Origin: Octopus sinensis
Lineage: Eukaryota
Length of the DNA: 64,000 nucleotides
Direction: 5' to 3'
Assembly (NCBI RefSeq): GCF_006345805.1
Contig: NC_042998.1
Span: 112,158,001-112,222,000, forward strand
Shown one piece after another: positions 1 through 12,690 of the stretch. How positions within the stretch are numbered: the stretch's first letter is position 1; every line of letters starts with the position of its first letter. A program made the translations under genes and the position numbers. A model generated the notes under the pieces. It saw only the letters and a program-made list of their open reading frames with translations, was not told the origin of the DNA and did no database searches.

Positions 1-265
1 AAAGAAACGTGCCTTTAAGCAGTACAAAAACAACAAAAAGTGGAAGGTGCAGTTATATGCAGGTTGACAGAAGAAAAGCAGGACAAAAACGGCTTTATCG
101 ATCGCATTCTCACCTGGAATCGATTTTTGTAATTTTTTTCAAGACTTATGCACGCCCTGATATCATCGGTATCTACGTATCAAATTTGAGCGCAATCGGA
201 TGGAGGATGCCCGAGATCCTAGGAGACACACACACAGACAGACAGAACGGATTTTATATAATAGA
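1..265 (-). mobile_element. 5' part of a non-autonomous Helitron (runs off the window start)
   Basis: Minus strand begins A|TCTATTATATAAAATCCGTTCTGTCTGTCTGTGTGTG then ccgattgcgctcaaatttg. This is the typical Helitron-N 5' TC terminus after A, followed by an AT-rich leader and a GTCT microsatellite. Confidence 0.6.
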
Positions 266-689
266 TATATATCCTGCATTCAGGATATATATTATTTGTC
301 CAGAAGTCTGGAAAATGTCCTGTTTTTCAAATTTTTTTTGTTTTTATGTTTTCGTAAATGTCTGCAAGACCAACAATTACTCATGCAGCAGACTTCTCTC
401 CACGCCATAGATGTTTCCCAAAGAAGAGGCAACAAGCACCAGTGCCGTCACACGCGAACACAACGTAAAGGGCCGGGACATATACGGCAAAACATTTTGT
501 TCATCGCTCTAAAAATTCTACCAATCCACTGCATTAGGAAAGTATTTTATTTTACCGGCCCCGGAAGTATAAGACACTAAATTAATCTGGGTGGTATTTG
601 AACACAAAACATGAAGAACAAGAAGAAATACCGCGTGCAATTTTTTGCCTATTCTTTAATTTTTCTGTCAATCTAATGATCTGGACGGG

Positions 690-955
690 TAATTCATTTT
701 TTCCATCCCATAAAGATAAAAGTCAAAGTTGATCTCGTTGCTATTTGAACTCAGAACGTGTCAAGCCGAAACAAATGCCACGAGGCATTTTCTCCAACCT
801 GCTAACGGTTCTACCGATCCATAATTCTTGACAGGTAGAATCCGAAAGGAGGATGAGAGGCAAGGTCAGAATTTGAACTCAGAATGTAGAGACAGACGAG
901 ATGTTGTTAAGCATCTTGCTCTACGTGCTAACGATTCTGCCATTTCACTGCCTGG
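690..955 (-). mobile_element. Two adjacent diverged tRNA-derived SINE copies (family A)
   Basis: Each contains atttgaactcagaa (B-box reverse complement) and degenerate aaggatgaaaggcaaagtcga / gctaacg.ttct motifs shared with better copies at 965-1518 and 58870-59490. Confidence 0.6.
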
Positions 956-964
956 GTTGGAATA

Positions 965-1518
965 AGTATTAATTTCAAATTTTGGCACAAGACCAGCAAT
1001 TTTAATGGAGGGGCTATTAATCCATCGACCCGAAAAAGGATGAAAAGCGGAGTCGACCTCGGCGGAATTTGAACTCAGAACGTAAAAACAGACAAAATAC
1101 CTATTTCTTTACTACCCACTTGGGGCTAAACACAGAGAGGATAAACAAGGATAGACAAACGGATTAAGTCAATTATATCGACCCCAGTGCGTAACTGGTA
1201 CTTATTTAATCGACCTCGAAAGGATGAAAGGCAAAGTCGAACTCGGCGGAATTTGAACTCAGAACGTAACGGCAGACGAAATACTTATTTCTTTACTACC
1301 CACTAGGGACTAAACACAGAGCGGACAAACAAGGACAGACAAATGGATTAAGTCGATTATATCGACTCCAGTGCGTAACTGGTACTTAATCTATCGACCC
1401 CGAAAGTATAAAAAGCAATGTCGACCTCGGCGAAATTTGAACGCGGAACGTAAACACAGACGAAATACCGCTAAGCATTTCGCCCAACGTGCTAACGTTT
1501 CTGCCAGCTCACCGCCTT
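965..1518 (-). mobile_element. Composite (trimeric) tRNA-derived SINE, family A
   Basis: Minus strand head ggcggtgagctggcagaaacgttagcacg (A box) ... gttctgagttcaaattccgccgaggtcgactttgcctttcatcctttcggggtcgat. The internal unit repeats with a 184-bp period (1102 vs 1286). Confidence 0.85.
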
Positions 1519-1959
1519 AGTCGGAATAAATATTGCGAAGTGTTTTCTCCGATGCTCTAACGAGTCTACAAACCCACCACCTTTCCTCACCTTTACATTT
1601 CTTTTTACTTATATTTTCTACGTATTTATAGATGAATATGTATTTATTTTCTTTAAAGTGCTTTTTTCTAAAGATTTTTATTTCTGTTATCATTGTTTTT
1701 TTTTTAACCATTATATATTTAATGTCATATTTAATATTGTTCCATTCTTCAGCCGTATGTCGCACATAATATCGTAATATGTAATACTCTGTCGAGCCGA
1801 AGATATAATTGATGAATAAGAAGAAGGAGGGTAATCTGCTGACCTGGACACGTTCAGATGCAATAAATCTTTACAAATGAAATATTACCATATTTCTTTC
1901 GACATTCGACAACCTTTAACAATCCCATGCGCATGTGCACACTGCATACATATATGCAT

Positions 1960-2387
1960 GTATCATTATGTATGTGTGTGTGTGTGTGTGTTTGTGTGTG
2001 TGCGTATGTGCGTACATGTGTGTGTGTGCGTGCGTGCGTGCGTATGTGCATGTGTGTATGTATGTGTTTGTGTGTGTGTAATATATTCCTTAGGTCAGTT
2101 GCTTCCTCATCATGGTTACAGACACACACACACACGCACATGGGCATCCACACAACATGCACTAACGTACATACTTGCGTGTGTGTGTGTACCTGCGTGA
2201 TTGTGTGTACCTGCGTGTGTGTGTGCGTGTATATATATAATACAAATAAGAAAATGGAGGAACAAATTCATTTCAATCATCAACTTACAGATATTACCAA
2301 TTCATATTATTTATTATATATATATATGCACATATATATGGATATATATACATATATATATGTATATGTATATACATATATATGGAA

Positions 2388-2420
<33 letters not shown>

Positions 2421-2795
2421 GATGGATGGATGGATGGATGCACACATACACACACACACACACACTCATATGCCTGAATATGTTGGAGGAATAGATCTTT
2501 GATCATTTTCCAGGCCGATTATGCCACAAAGTCTGAATATGTTAATGGAAAACCAGTCTATATTTGTTGCATAATTTCTCATAATATTCTTACTGTCATT
2601 ATTTTCATCCGCAGCTCCTATGGAGGCAAAATAAATAAATAAATAAATAAATATATAAATGTAGTTAAACCTCTAACATGAGTCTGTCCCTATGTTAATT
2701 TTTGTTACCAATGGTTTTCATACGTGTATTTTTGTATGCACACACACACACACACACGCACACATATATATATATTATATATACGTATATGTATG

Positions 2796-2854
<59 letters not shown>

Positions 2855-2903
2855 GCTTATACATATACATATGTATATATATATATATATAATATATATA
2901 TAT

Positions 2904-2972
<69 letters not shown>

Positions 2973-3250
2973 GCGTTAACGTTGTTTTGTGATTTCTCGC
3001 TCCTTGCGTCTACGCTTAAATTTCCGTTTTGTATAGTTCTATAGGAGTTCCTTAACGTTACAGTAACTTTCAAACATTCAAATTTCACCCGCATATTTGA
3101 TATTCCCATGTAAACACGTGCACATACAAATATACTTGCAAATATACAAACATGTATAAATATATAGCTACATACATACGCACGCACAAATTTGTTGACG
3201 ATCATAGATCATAAGTTCATATATATATTATATATAGGCATACATATATA

Positions 3251-3300
<50 letters not shown>

Positions 3301-3345
3301 TCACAAACACACACATACGCACACACATTGCATATTTGTATGTAT
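1960..3345. repeat. Compound (TG)n/(CA)n/(TA)n microsatellite field
   Basis: Long dinucleotide runs are directly visible; the ORF-track entries here are CVCV/YIYI/HTHT artefacts. Confidence 0.95.
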
Positions 3346-4223
3346 AATGAGAGACAGAAAGATCGTGAGTGACTGTTACTCGCACACACATCTCTCAGAA
3401 ATAGAGGCATACACACTCACACGTGTGCAGTCACGTGCCCTCTTCTCGTCTAGCTGCATCGTCCATGATAAGGAAGAAAAGTGAAAGAGGTTGAGCTTAC
3501 GCGTGCGCAGTACAGCTCCTCCTTTCATTAAATAATATCTCTCCCTATTACTCTAGTCTGAAAAAAATGGGCAAAACTAACATGATAATAAAAACGTGAT
3601 GCACATATTTTGTCAGAAAGGGGACAAAACTCATCAAAAAGCAGTGAGGGTTGAGACAGAGGCAAGCAGACGACGTGTAGCCCTCCCAACAGGGTCTCCT
3701 TTTCTCTTTATATTCTTTTTCTTATTCTTCAACCGTATTATCTTCTTTTTATATTTTTAAGGGTTTTTTTTTAAGGCTCTCCCATATTTATATTTCTTCA
3801 CCTTTGCAAAGCGAAAAACACACAAATAAAACAAACAAACGAATATTCAAAATTAATCAAGTCAAAATGATAATTAAGGGGGTATAAAAAAAAAAGAAAT
3901 GAAAAAGATAGATATAAAGTAAATAAAATAATGCTGGGCCCTTGCTAGTGGACAACACCAACCCACCCTCTAAGCTATAAGTACTACACACCACCATAAT
4001 TGTTATATTAGCAAATATCGTTGATTAGGAAAGTCCCTCTTTTATTCTCTCCACCTTATTTCATCCATTCGCTGGACATCAGTGCCGTGTGCTCCGCCCG
4101 GTTCAAACTCCAGAATATGATATTAAAATAACTAACACTACGTGTGTGTAGACAAAGTGTGAAATCGCCTTTCTGTTGTAAGTCGAATGTGCTGGAAGGG
4201 AACGTACGATTATTTGTTCACAC

Positions 4224-4256
4224 ATACATACATACATACATACATACATACATACA

Positions 4257-4286
<30 letters not shown>
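4224..4286. repeat. (CATA)n tetranucleotide microsatellite
   Basis: About 15 perfect CATA units. Confidence 0.95.
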
Positions 4287-4289
<3 letters not shown>

Positions 4290-5289
4290 TCTGGAGAAAA
4301 CTATGTGCAAATGAAAACGCGTGCACATATATACTAAATTATATATACGGGTAGATCTATGAGATTTAACAAAACAACTGTATGTATAATCGCAGGAACA
4401 CATACAAAAGCATACACAGAATAAAACACATGTATATGAGTGGATGTGCTTATATACCGATGTGTGTATAGATACTTACATCCATCCGTCTATCTATCAT
4501 CTATCTATCTAGCTAGCTAGCTAGCTAGCTATCTATATGTGTGTGTGTTTGTGTGAGTGTGTGTAAGTAAATAAAGTTACACACATACGCACACACATGT
4601 TATACTTAACAATGAATAGTCAGATATATGAGCGTGTATATAAAGCTATGATTTTATTTGCATAAAATAAAAGGTTTAAAAATTTATATGTTCACATGCA
4701 TACGCTCGCCGTTTAAATGGCATGTATACAACAGTAATAGAATTAAAGCAATTTCAGGGGGTAAAAAAGTGTTTCTAACACTTTGGGTTTTTTTCTCTTG
4801 TTCAAGTCCTCTTTCTCGTTTACAGAACACTGATGCTATACCATTTCGTTCAACAACCCACTCTAAAAGGTTATTGTATTGATTTCTGATACAGATACAA
4901 AGCCCCATCTTTTACAACTGAGATGTGGTCTTGTCTTGTATTATGATTTCATTCACTCCTTGGATAGATAATAGTGGATCATATCGACCGTCAATATTTT
5001 ATAAACATCGGAGGGATTAGACGTTGGAACATAATGGTTTGCAAAACTAAGTTCATCGCCTCCTGAAAGATAATAAAGAATAACAATATTTTTATGATTA
5101 CCACGGGGGTGATACATGAATATTACAGAAACAGCTTACAAAACTGAGTTGGAGTTGCATAGAAATCGAATAAATTGAAAAAAAGAGACAAAGTATGCAC
5201 AGTATCCACATATATGAGGAAACCTAATTGGTAGAACACGACACATTGAGTCAACTAAGAAACTCCACAAATCCAGCATTACCCTTACG

Positions 5290-6590
5290 ACCAAGGATGA
5301 GTACCATCTTCCAGATGTATTTCCGAACATGCAAGTACGTACCAGAGTACGCCCTTTCATTAGTGACATGCTTCACCACTTTGATCCACCTTTCAATAAA
5401 TTTACTGTAGGACAGCACTTCTCCCTTCTTCTCAACCCTAACTTTCTTCTCCAAATGGGACTTTGAAAAGTAGATGAGCGTTTGGCCTATGTCAGTGTCC
5501 TTATGTCTGTGTTTGAGTGTATGTGTGGTTGGGGTGTCCACCATACAATATCTTTCGCCAAAGCCACTAAATTGTGGAAAAATTATCTGTCATCGGTCAA
5601 TGAACTTTGCTGATAGCCAATGGACTTTGCTTATAGCCGATTCCAAACAGCATGAATGGAAGTTCTTCCCAACTTTTTCTAGGGGAAGCTTGCCACCTTG
5701 TTCGTAATTCTGTCTTAGTTTCAGTGTATCTAGAGATCAGAGCCAAACCAATCCCAGAACCATTTAACTGGGTCATCGGTTCAGTACTCTATGGTGCTGA
5801 CTTGCCTCTCCAAATGCCGGTTTCACCCTCTTGAAGGAGTAAATTTCTTTTTACTTCATCACCTGAGATACTTGACATAATTACAGTGAATTTGTTCATA
5901 TATATCCTGATATAGAATACATGTCTTATTTCGAACAGGGTGTCTCTCCCCTCTAGTTTCCACACCCCTAGCTCGAGAAGCAGTGCAGGCAAAGAAGATG
6001 GGAGAGAACAACCATGATGGGCTGAATGTGTTATTCGAAAAGGTTCCGATAGGAGGCCATTTAGTCTGACCACTAGTTAGATGCCACCTTACGCTATAAC
6101 GATCCCGTCTCTGAAAACGGAATACCTGTTGAACTGATGACAACTGCCAAGTAGCGATGGCTAAGCCTATCGAAAACTTTCGACTGATCAAAACTCCAAC
6201 GAATATAGGTTGGTAACCCAACCTCTTTCTAATTTTTCACGTGGTGGAGGTTGTCGTGGGAAGATCTGTCCAGGATCGTGCAAATATTACTTCTTTCCCG
6301 ATCATACTACTGGCGACAAGCACGAAACACTTACTACATACGGCCTCCGTCAGTCAAGGTTGACGATGATACTGTTCAGTCCATGTACAAGCCTAGGCAA
6401 CATGTTTTTAGAAGCTTTACAGTTGACCATAGACACAATCTCCCCTCTTCTCTCCATGCCACTAATATTTATTCAAGCGAAACGCCACCGACTCGAGCTG
6501 GTACATATTAAGCGTCAGTTTCCTTGCAGTTGTTTCCGTCATAAAGTAAAAACGAATCAGGTACGGCAAAGCTTCCGTCAATCCACCCCA
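5290..6590 (-). pseudogene. Decayed, internally deleted Tx1/L1-clade LINE ORF2 (RT plus C-terminus)
   Basis: Minus-strand frames give HDNLH, FDQSKVFDRLSHRYL (RT motif), VRLNGLLSEPFRITHSAHHGCSLPS (degenerate RQGCPLSP), TDDPVKWFWDWFGSDL, LVALAKDIVWWT and GQTLIYFSKSHLEKKVRVE. The last two match the young copy at 40.5-40.7 kb (VAMAKECIWWT; GQSLINFFKYHLKRKVRVE). Confidence 0.85.
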
Positions 6591-6730
6591 CTGGATTAGT
6601 ATTTTATTTATCGATTCGAAGTTATGAAAGAAAAAGTTGACCTAGGCGGGAATTGAACTCAGAGCAAAATGAGCCGAAACAAATAATGCGAGGCATTCTA
6701 TCTAACGCTCGAACAACTTTGAAAAATCAT
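6590..6730 (-). mobile_element. Diverged family A SINE fragment
   Basis: aaagttgacctaggcgggaattgaactcagag matches the family A B-box region. Confidence 0.55.
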
Positions 6731-6924
6731 CGCTTTAAACAAAATCTTATACTCAATGTTCAGTAGAGTTAGGGGCAAGAAATTCTTTCTCTCTCTCCCC
6801 CTCTTTCTCTCTCTCTCTTTATTTATCTCTCTCTGTCTCTGTCTCTTTGTCTCTCTCTCCGTATCTTTATCTGTTTCTCTGTCTCTCTCTCTACCGCTCT
6901 CTTTTTCTCTCTTTGTCTTTCTCT

Positions 6925-7020
6925 CTGCTCTGAATTCAAATCGTACCAAAGTCAACTTTGCCTTTCATCTTTTCCCGATCGATATATAAAGTATCATTCA
7001 TATACTGGAGTCGATTCTTC
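6925..7020 (+). mobile_element. Family A SINE fragment
   Basis: ctgaattcaaatcgtaccaaagtcaactttgcctttcatcttttcccgatcgat matches the family A core. Confidence 0.6.
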
Positions 7021-7090
7021 GCTCTCTGTGCGAAACACACACAGAAGTGAAAGAGAGGGGGAGGGAGAGAGAGAATATGTATGTCTGTTT

Positions 7091-7141
<51 letters not shown>

Positions 7142-9239
7142 ACACTTTCCTCTGGAAGTAATCCCCAATGTTCCCAACTTGAAAAGGATAGGCTCCAACA
7201 GACATAAAATGTCCAAGGCACATCCTATGTCACGATGTTATCCCTACGACTCCATTAGAAATTAATGACCCTACGCTTACAAATTTTGGGAGCTGGGAGT
7301 AGTTTTAAATTTCCCAGTATTGATCAGTATTTATCTGGTCAATTCAAGTTAACTGTAGAATGAAAGGCAAAATTGGCTCCATCAGGATTTGAACAAAGAA
7401 TGTTAAGTAGGATAAACACAATAAAGCATAATAATGATTTATGACACAGGCATAAAGCCATTCATTTATAGAGAAAGGTATAGCCAATTAAGCCTACACC
7501 TGTGCTTGACTTCCATTTAGTTTGTCAACTCAAAGAGAACAAAAGTCATTGTTTACCTCAGTGGGTTTCGAACTCGGAATACAGAGCTCCATAAATTAAA
7601 ACTGCAAAACTTAATACAGATAAATAAAATTAAAATGATGGTGGTGGTAATGATGATGGCTTGTTACTTAGAAATATGGCTCATTTTCTGTGGGGAAGAC
7701 ATATGGTTTAAAAACTAGTTTCATTACGTTGGTGGTGCTTAAGTGCAAGATCAAACACAAGGTACGACGTCAAATGTGGGTTCCTACCTTTTGTGGTAGG
7801 CATTAAAGCAATACTTGTTCCCAAATGATCATTATGTTGTATTTTACTGAAATCTGAAATGTAAACTCAACCCAGTAGAATTTTGAAACAGACTACATAA
7901 GCGACATTGGACGCATATTCTATGAACAGCTTTCCTGTCCAAACATTAATTCAAGTACGATTCTTTTACATCATTGCAATGATGTTTGAACAACTGACAG
8001 CGCTCTCCACTAACATTATTAAGACAAAGAAGCTTGTGATGGTTTCTTAATTATCAACTTGGAAAATACACCACTCAATTTTAGGTAATGAATTTCATTG
8101 CAAACTCGAAGTTGTCTTTTTTTGCCGATCGGTTGTATGGGTGCAGATATAATTGTGTGGTAAAGAAAGTTACTTAGTCGATACGTGTATCATAATTCAT
8201 ACCAACTACAGTTTTTGAGATAACATTTAATAGAGGGAAATTGAGTGGAAGCCTTATTATATGTAGGTAAACTGTATCTCTATCCCGGTTGAGTGCTAGT
8301 AAGATAACTTCTTACAATTCTCGAATACCTTGGAATGAGTTCTGAGCACCGCATTTCGGCTTCTGAATATGTTATTAAGAAATGTACTTCCCTCGAGTTA
8401 GAATCAAATTCTCACTACGATCACTACCATTCCTCCACCAATCTTCAATAGACGGTAAAGTTTTAAACGTCATACGATCTACTTTTATTTTCAGTTTATA
8501 TCAGAAATAGAACTACAGCTGGGTCAAGTATCTTAACTTTGGGAAAATGTTTTCTGAAAAGGTTGATCATACCTAGCCGATGTCCTGGTTTAGGTGAAAA
8601 ATAACCAAACATTTAGATCTAAGTTCGATTCATCGCGGAAAATACTACGTTGTCGCTACATTTCCAAGAAATTGAATAGAATATCACCATTACATAACAC
8701 TATATCGTCTTAATAGAGGACACACTGTACAATATAATCGTAGAAAGAACTATGCATGAATATCGAAACTCGGAATGATCAAAGCTGAAATGTCTTTGAA
8801 CATGGCTCTGTTCAATGAAACAACAATAACGACATCATCTAAGAACAGGATCAAAGAAACAGTATTGGCAAAAATTAGCTTTAACTTCGAGATCTAAATT
8901 TTCAGATTTATTTTGGAAAATGAATTTTAACCGTAGAACTGGATGTGTTCCATTTTGTTCAGATATTAGCAGAGACGAAAAAAATGAATTAGTAATACAT
9001 CAAAGCAACTAAGGTATTTGCTAGATAATTCGAAGTTACATTTCGGTACTAGTTCATTTTACTAAACACACAGGTCAATATTCACCGGCTTCTTTTGGAT
9101 ACCCCTTTTGTTGTTTGCTTGGTCATGTCACATCACCGTGTCGTATTCCTGCACCTCCCCTTTTTTTTGCAGTCACTCTTGTATGTGTGATGTCAATCGA
9201 CTAATTATAACCTTTCTTTCTCCGCTAATATTTGTGATA

Positions 9240-9500
9240 ATTTGCTAAGTCTGGAAAAATGAACAATGCCCATGGCCTTCGCAGGTTCTCTGAGACTGGT
9301 GGGATTGATGCTGTTAACGTTCTATATCAACTATTGAAAATCAAAGACTGTATCAAAGACATGTGAACGAACGGAATTTCATAAGGCGACGTTCTGAAGA
9401 GAGAAGACTGGTGTTAATGAGTTGAAAGTGCCTGGATACAGATAGCACAAGATCCTGTTCTGAAGAGCAGAGCTTATTGCAATAGCAGTAGGAAAAGCAC
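9240..9500 (+). mobile_element. Possible RTE-type LINE 3' remnant
   Basis: Degenerate WIQIAQD motif like the W...AQDR..W C-terminus of RTE ORFs; heavily decayed. Confidence 0.3.
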
Positions 9501-9599
9501 AAAGTAAATAGTTTACGTCCAAGAACAAGAAATGGAATTTGTTAATGAAGATTTCATGTTAATCAGATAATTGGCCTTTCTCTAGATTTTGATTAGGAT

Positions 9600-9950
9600 G
9601 ATTGTGTGTAGCAGTAGCACCGTCTCAGAATCGAACTTTGGGTCTTACTTGAGTTTTTTACAAGTTGATGGTTACAGGAAAGTTATAGGCAAGGAAGAAA
9701 TTCCATCTGGACAACGTTAAATAATCCAGAAAAATGGTTAATGCGATACTTGAAGGAAGAGGAAAATATGGGTGACGAGAAGAATGGGAATGAATGAGGC
9801 TCGTGGGTTTGAGTGTAGGCGTCATTGAAACAGCTAATTCTGAGAAAATTAATTCATTGTAATAGTAATCGAAAATGTACAGAGAGGAAGCACCCCATTT
9901 GTGTGCCAGACACTAGAGTGGGTGGGTTAGCGAGTTTGTTGGTGAATAAG
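9600..9950 (-). mobile_element. Decayed CR1/Jockey-group LINE C-terminal remnant
   Basis: Minus-strand translation resembles LF.RYY..(C)SSELA...H....LP..R...FF.....WN.LP..FP...NL of such ORF2 C-termini, with many stops. Confidence 0.4.
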
Positions 9951-10139
9951 GCAACAGTAGCAACAAGAGGAACAGCAACAGCGATAGAATAATACCAATC
10001 ATAGTCACTGAATGGATTACATTAACTTACTAAATAACTAGAAGTACCACTAGTAGTTGCATAAAACCACCGTCTTAAAATAAACAAAAATAATGGTAAT
10101 GGTAGTGTGATGCTGGTGTTGATGACGTCGACGACGACA

Positions 10140-10286
10140 GAGAAGAAGAAGGAGGAGAAGAAGAGAAGAAGAAGAAGAAGAAGAAGAAGGAGGAGGAGGA
10201 GGAGGAGAAGAGAAGAAGAAGAAGAAGAAGTAGAAGAAGAAGGAGGAGGAGGAGGAGAGGTTGAGGGGAGGAGGAGGATGAGGCTG

Positions 10287-10317
<31 letters not shown>

Positions 10318-10457
10318 GAAGAAGAAGGAGGAGAAGAAGAAGAAGAAGAAGAGAAGAAGAAGAAGAAGAGGAGAAGAAGAGAAGAAGAAGTAGAAAAGAA
10401 GAAGAAGAAGAAGAAGAAGTAGAAGAAGAAGGAGGAGAAGAAGAGAAGAAGAAGTAG

Positions 10458-10489
<32 letters not shown>

Positions 10490-10690
10490 GAAGAAGAAGG
10501 AGGAGAAGAAGAGAAGAAGAAGTAGAAGAAGAAGGAGGAGAAGAAGAAGAAGTAGGAGAAGGAGGAGGAGGAGAAGAAGAAAAAGAAGAAGAAGAAGAAG
10601 AAGAAGAAGAAGAAGAAGAAGAAGAAGAAGAAAGGAAGGAAGGAAGGAAGGAAGGAGGAACAGGAGAAGGAGAGGAGAAGATGAAGAAAT
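10140..10690. repeat. About 550-bp (GAA)n/(GGA)n homopurine tract
   Basis: Nearly pure A/G on the plus strand with recurring GTA interruptions. Confidence 0.95.
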
Positions 10691-10999
10691 AAGAGAAAAC
10701 AATATTTCAAAAGAGCTTTGTTTTCGTCTTGTCAAGCACAGATTTTCAACATCATATTCAAAAAGGGCTTTCGCCTCTTCTAGTCTTGTCATACACAGAC
10801 TCTCAAGGTATTATTTCAAAATAAATAAATAAATAAATAGATAAATAATCTGATATTGTCATACATTCTCAACAAGTAGTTAAACAAGCTAGTGCAGGAT
10901 GATCATTCCGAGTTAATAGGATAGAAAACTACGCTGACACATTTGGCTTTCACTGATGACACATTGCTGCTACTGCTGAAATAATAATCATCGTCGTCG

Positions 11000-11505
11000 G
11001 TGTTGTTGATGTTACTATTGTCGCCGTCATCCTCGTGATTACGATCCTCATCAATGCCACCGTCATTATCATTGTTGTCATCATTCTGTCATCGCCGTCG
11101 TCGTCGTTGTCATTATCGTCATCATTATTAGCAGCAGCAGCATTGCCATCGTCGTCGTCGTTGTCATTATCGTCATGATCATTGCCATCGTCATCATTAT
11201 TAGCAGCAGCAGCATTGTCATCGTCGTCGTCGTTGTCATTATCGTCATGATCATTGCCATCGTCATCATTATCGTCATGATCATTACCATCGTCATCATT
11301 ATCGTCATGATCATTACCATCGTCATCATTATCGTCATGATCATTACCATTGTCATCATTATCGTCATGATCGTTACCATCGTCATCATTATTATCAGCA
11401 GCAGCAGCATTGCCATCGTCGTCGTCGTTGTCATTATCGTCAAGATCATTACCATTGTCATTATTATTATCAGCAGCAATGCCATCGTCGTCGTCGTCAT
11501 TCTCA
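11000..11505. repeat. ATC/GTC-derived minisatellite with 30-bp higher-order unit
   Basis: atcgtcatgatcattaccatcgtcatcatt repeated about 5 times at 11241-11390, flanked by recurring gcagcagcagcattgccatcgtcgtcgtcgttgtc blocks. Confidence 0.9.
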
Positions 11506-12139
11506 TCATCAAATATTCAGTAGAAATAAATAATTATCAAAATTGTTTTCGCGTTGTGAAAACAAAATTGCAACTACAGGTGTAGCAAACCACAGAACCA
11601 TACAAAACAACGTCCAGAATTCGTGGAAAAATTCTACCTACATCATCTCGTGAACATGCAGTAGAAATTACAAAGGGAATCATAATGACCCAACAAACAT
11701 TTATTTCATTTATCTATTCCGTTTAGTTTTATATATTGTATTGTATTTTTGATTAAAAGTTTTCAACAAACCAATTCCTAGTTAATTTTGACTACGAATG
11801 TGACAAGAAAGCGACCGTATGTAACTCTGTAGAAAGAGGGGTGAGGATGGTTCTTTCAATTTTTGTTTCTTCTTCCATTCTTTTCCAATTTCTTCTGATA
11901 TTTCTTCCTCTTTCACACTATCCGACGAAGGACAATATCTGAAGCGTTATAATCATTAATTCTTTTCATTTCCCCGACACTGAAGCAGTGAACTTCTTAA
12001 CATCCAATCCAAGAATTGAAACCACCACCTAACGATCGTGAGCCCAGTGTCCTAAGCACCAGCTCACACGCTTCCATGATGTTTACGCATGTATGTGCGC
12101 GCACACACACACACACACACACACATATATCACACATGA

Positions 12140-12211
<72 letters not shown>

Positions 12212-12419
12212 GCAATAATAATTCTCTAAATGAGATATAGACAGTGACTGCTCCGTAATATAAGGGATATTAGCCAACCGAATATGGCTAGGGACAGGGC
12301 AGGGTGGTGGGGGTGTCACTGTTGCATTTAGCCCCAGGCGAACATCAACGTCACCAGATAGGCCTGACGCCATCACGGCGTCCTTTATCTTGCAAAGGGA
12401 GATCACTCACCAAGAAGCC

Positions 12420-12481
12420 GATACCACACACGGACCTAGGTTTCAAGGTGTATTGCCTATTATCAACGTGTGGTAGGCATC
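12420..12481 (-). ncRNA. Type I hammerhead ribozyme, U3-A8 variant (inverted copy)
   Basis: Reverse complement of 12691-12752; predicted cleavage between 12433 and 12432. Confidence 0.75.
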
Positions 12482-12690
12482 GCTTCTCGATGAACGACCA
12501 ACTTTGCAAGATACATATAAGGATTGGCTAATATTCGGTTGGCTAATATCCCTTATATTACGGAGCAGTCACTGTCTATATCTCATTTAGAGAATTATTA
12601 TTGCTGTCGAACGGATTTTCGAAATCAGTAAATGTATTTACTTGAAAATCCTTATATGTATCTTGCAAAGTTGGTCGTTCATCGAGAAGC

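Noticed and set aside
4487-4537. (CTAT)n near the old Tx1 remnant as support for GATA targeting
   Set aside because: It is about 700 bp away and in the wrong orientation for a minus-strand insertion.
10990-11520. Open Asp/Asn-rich frame on the minus strand
   Set aside because: It follows from the GAT/GAC minisatellite; no start codon or splice evidence.
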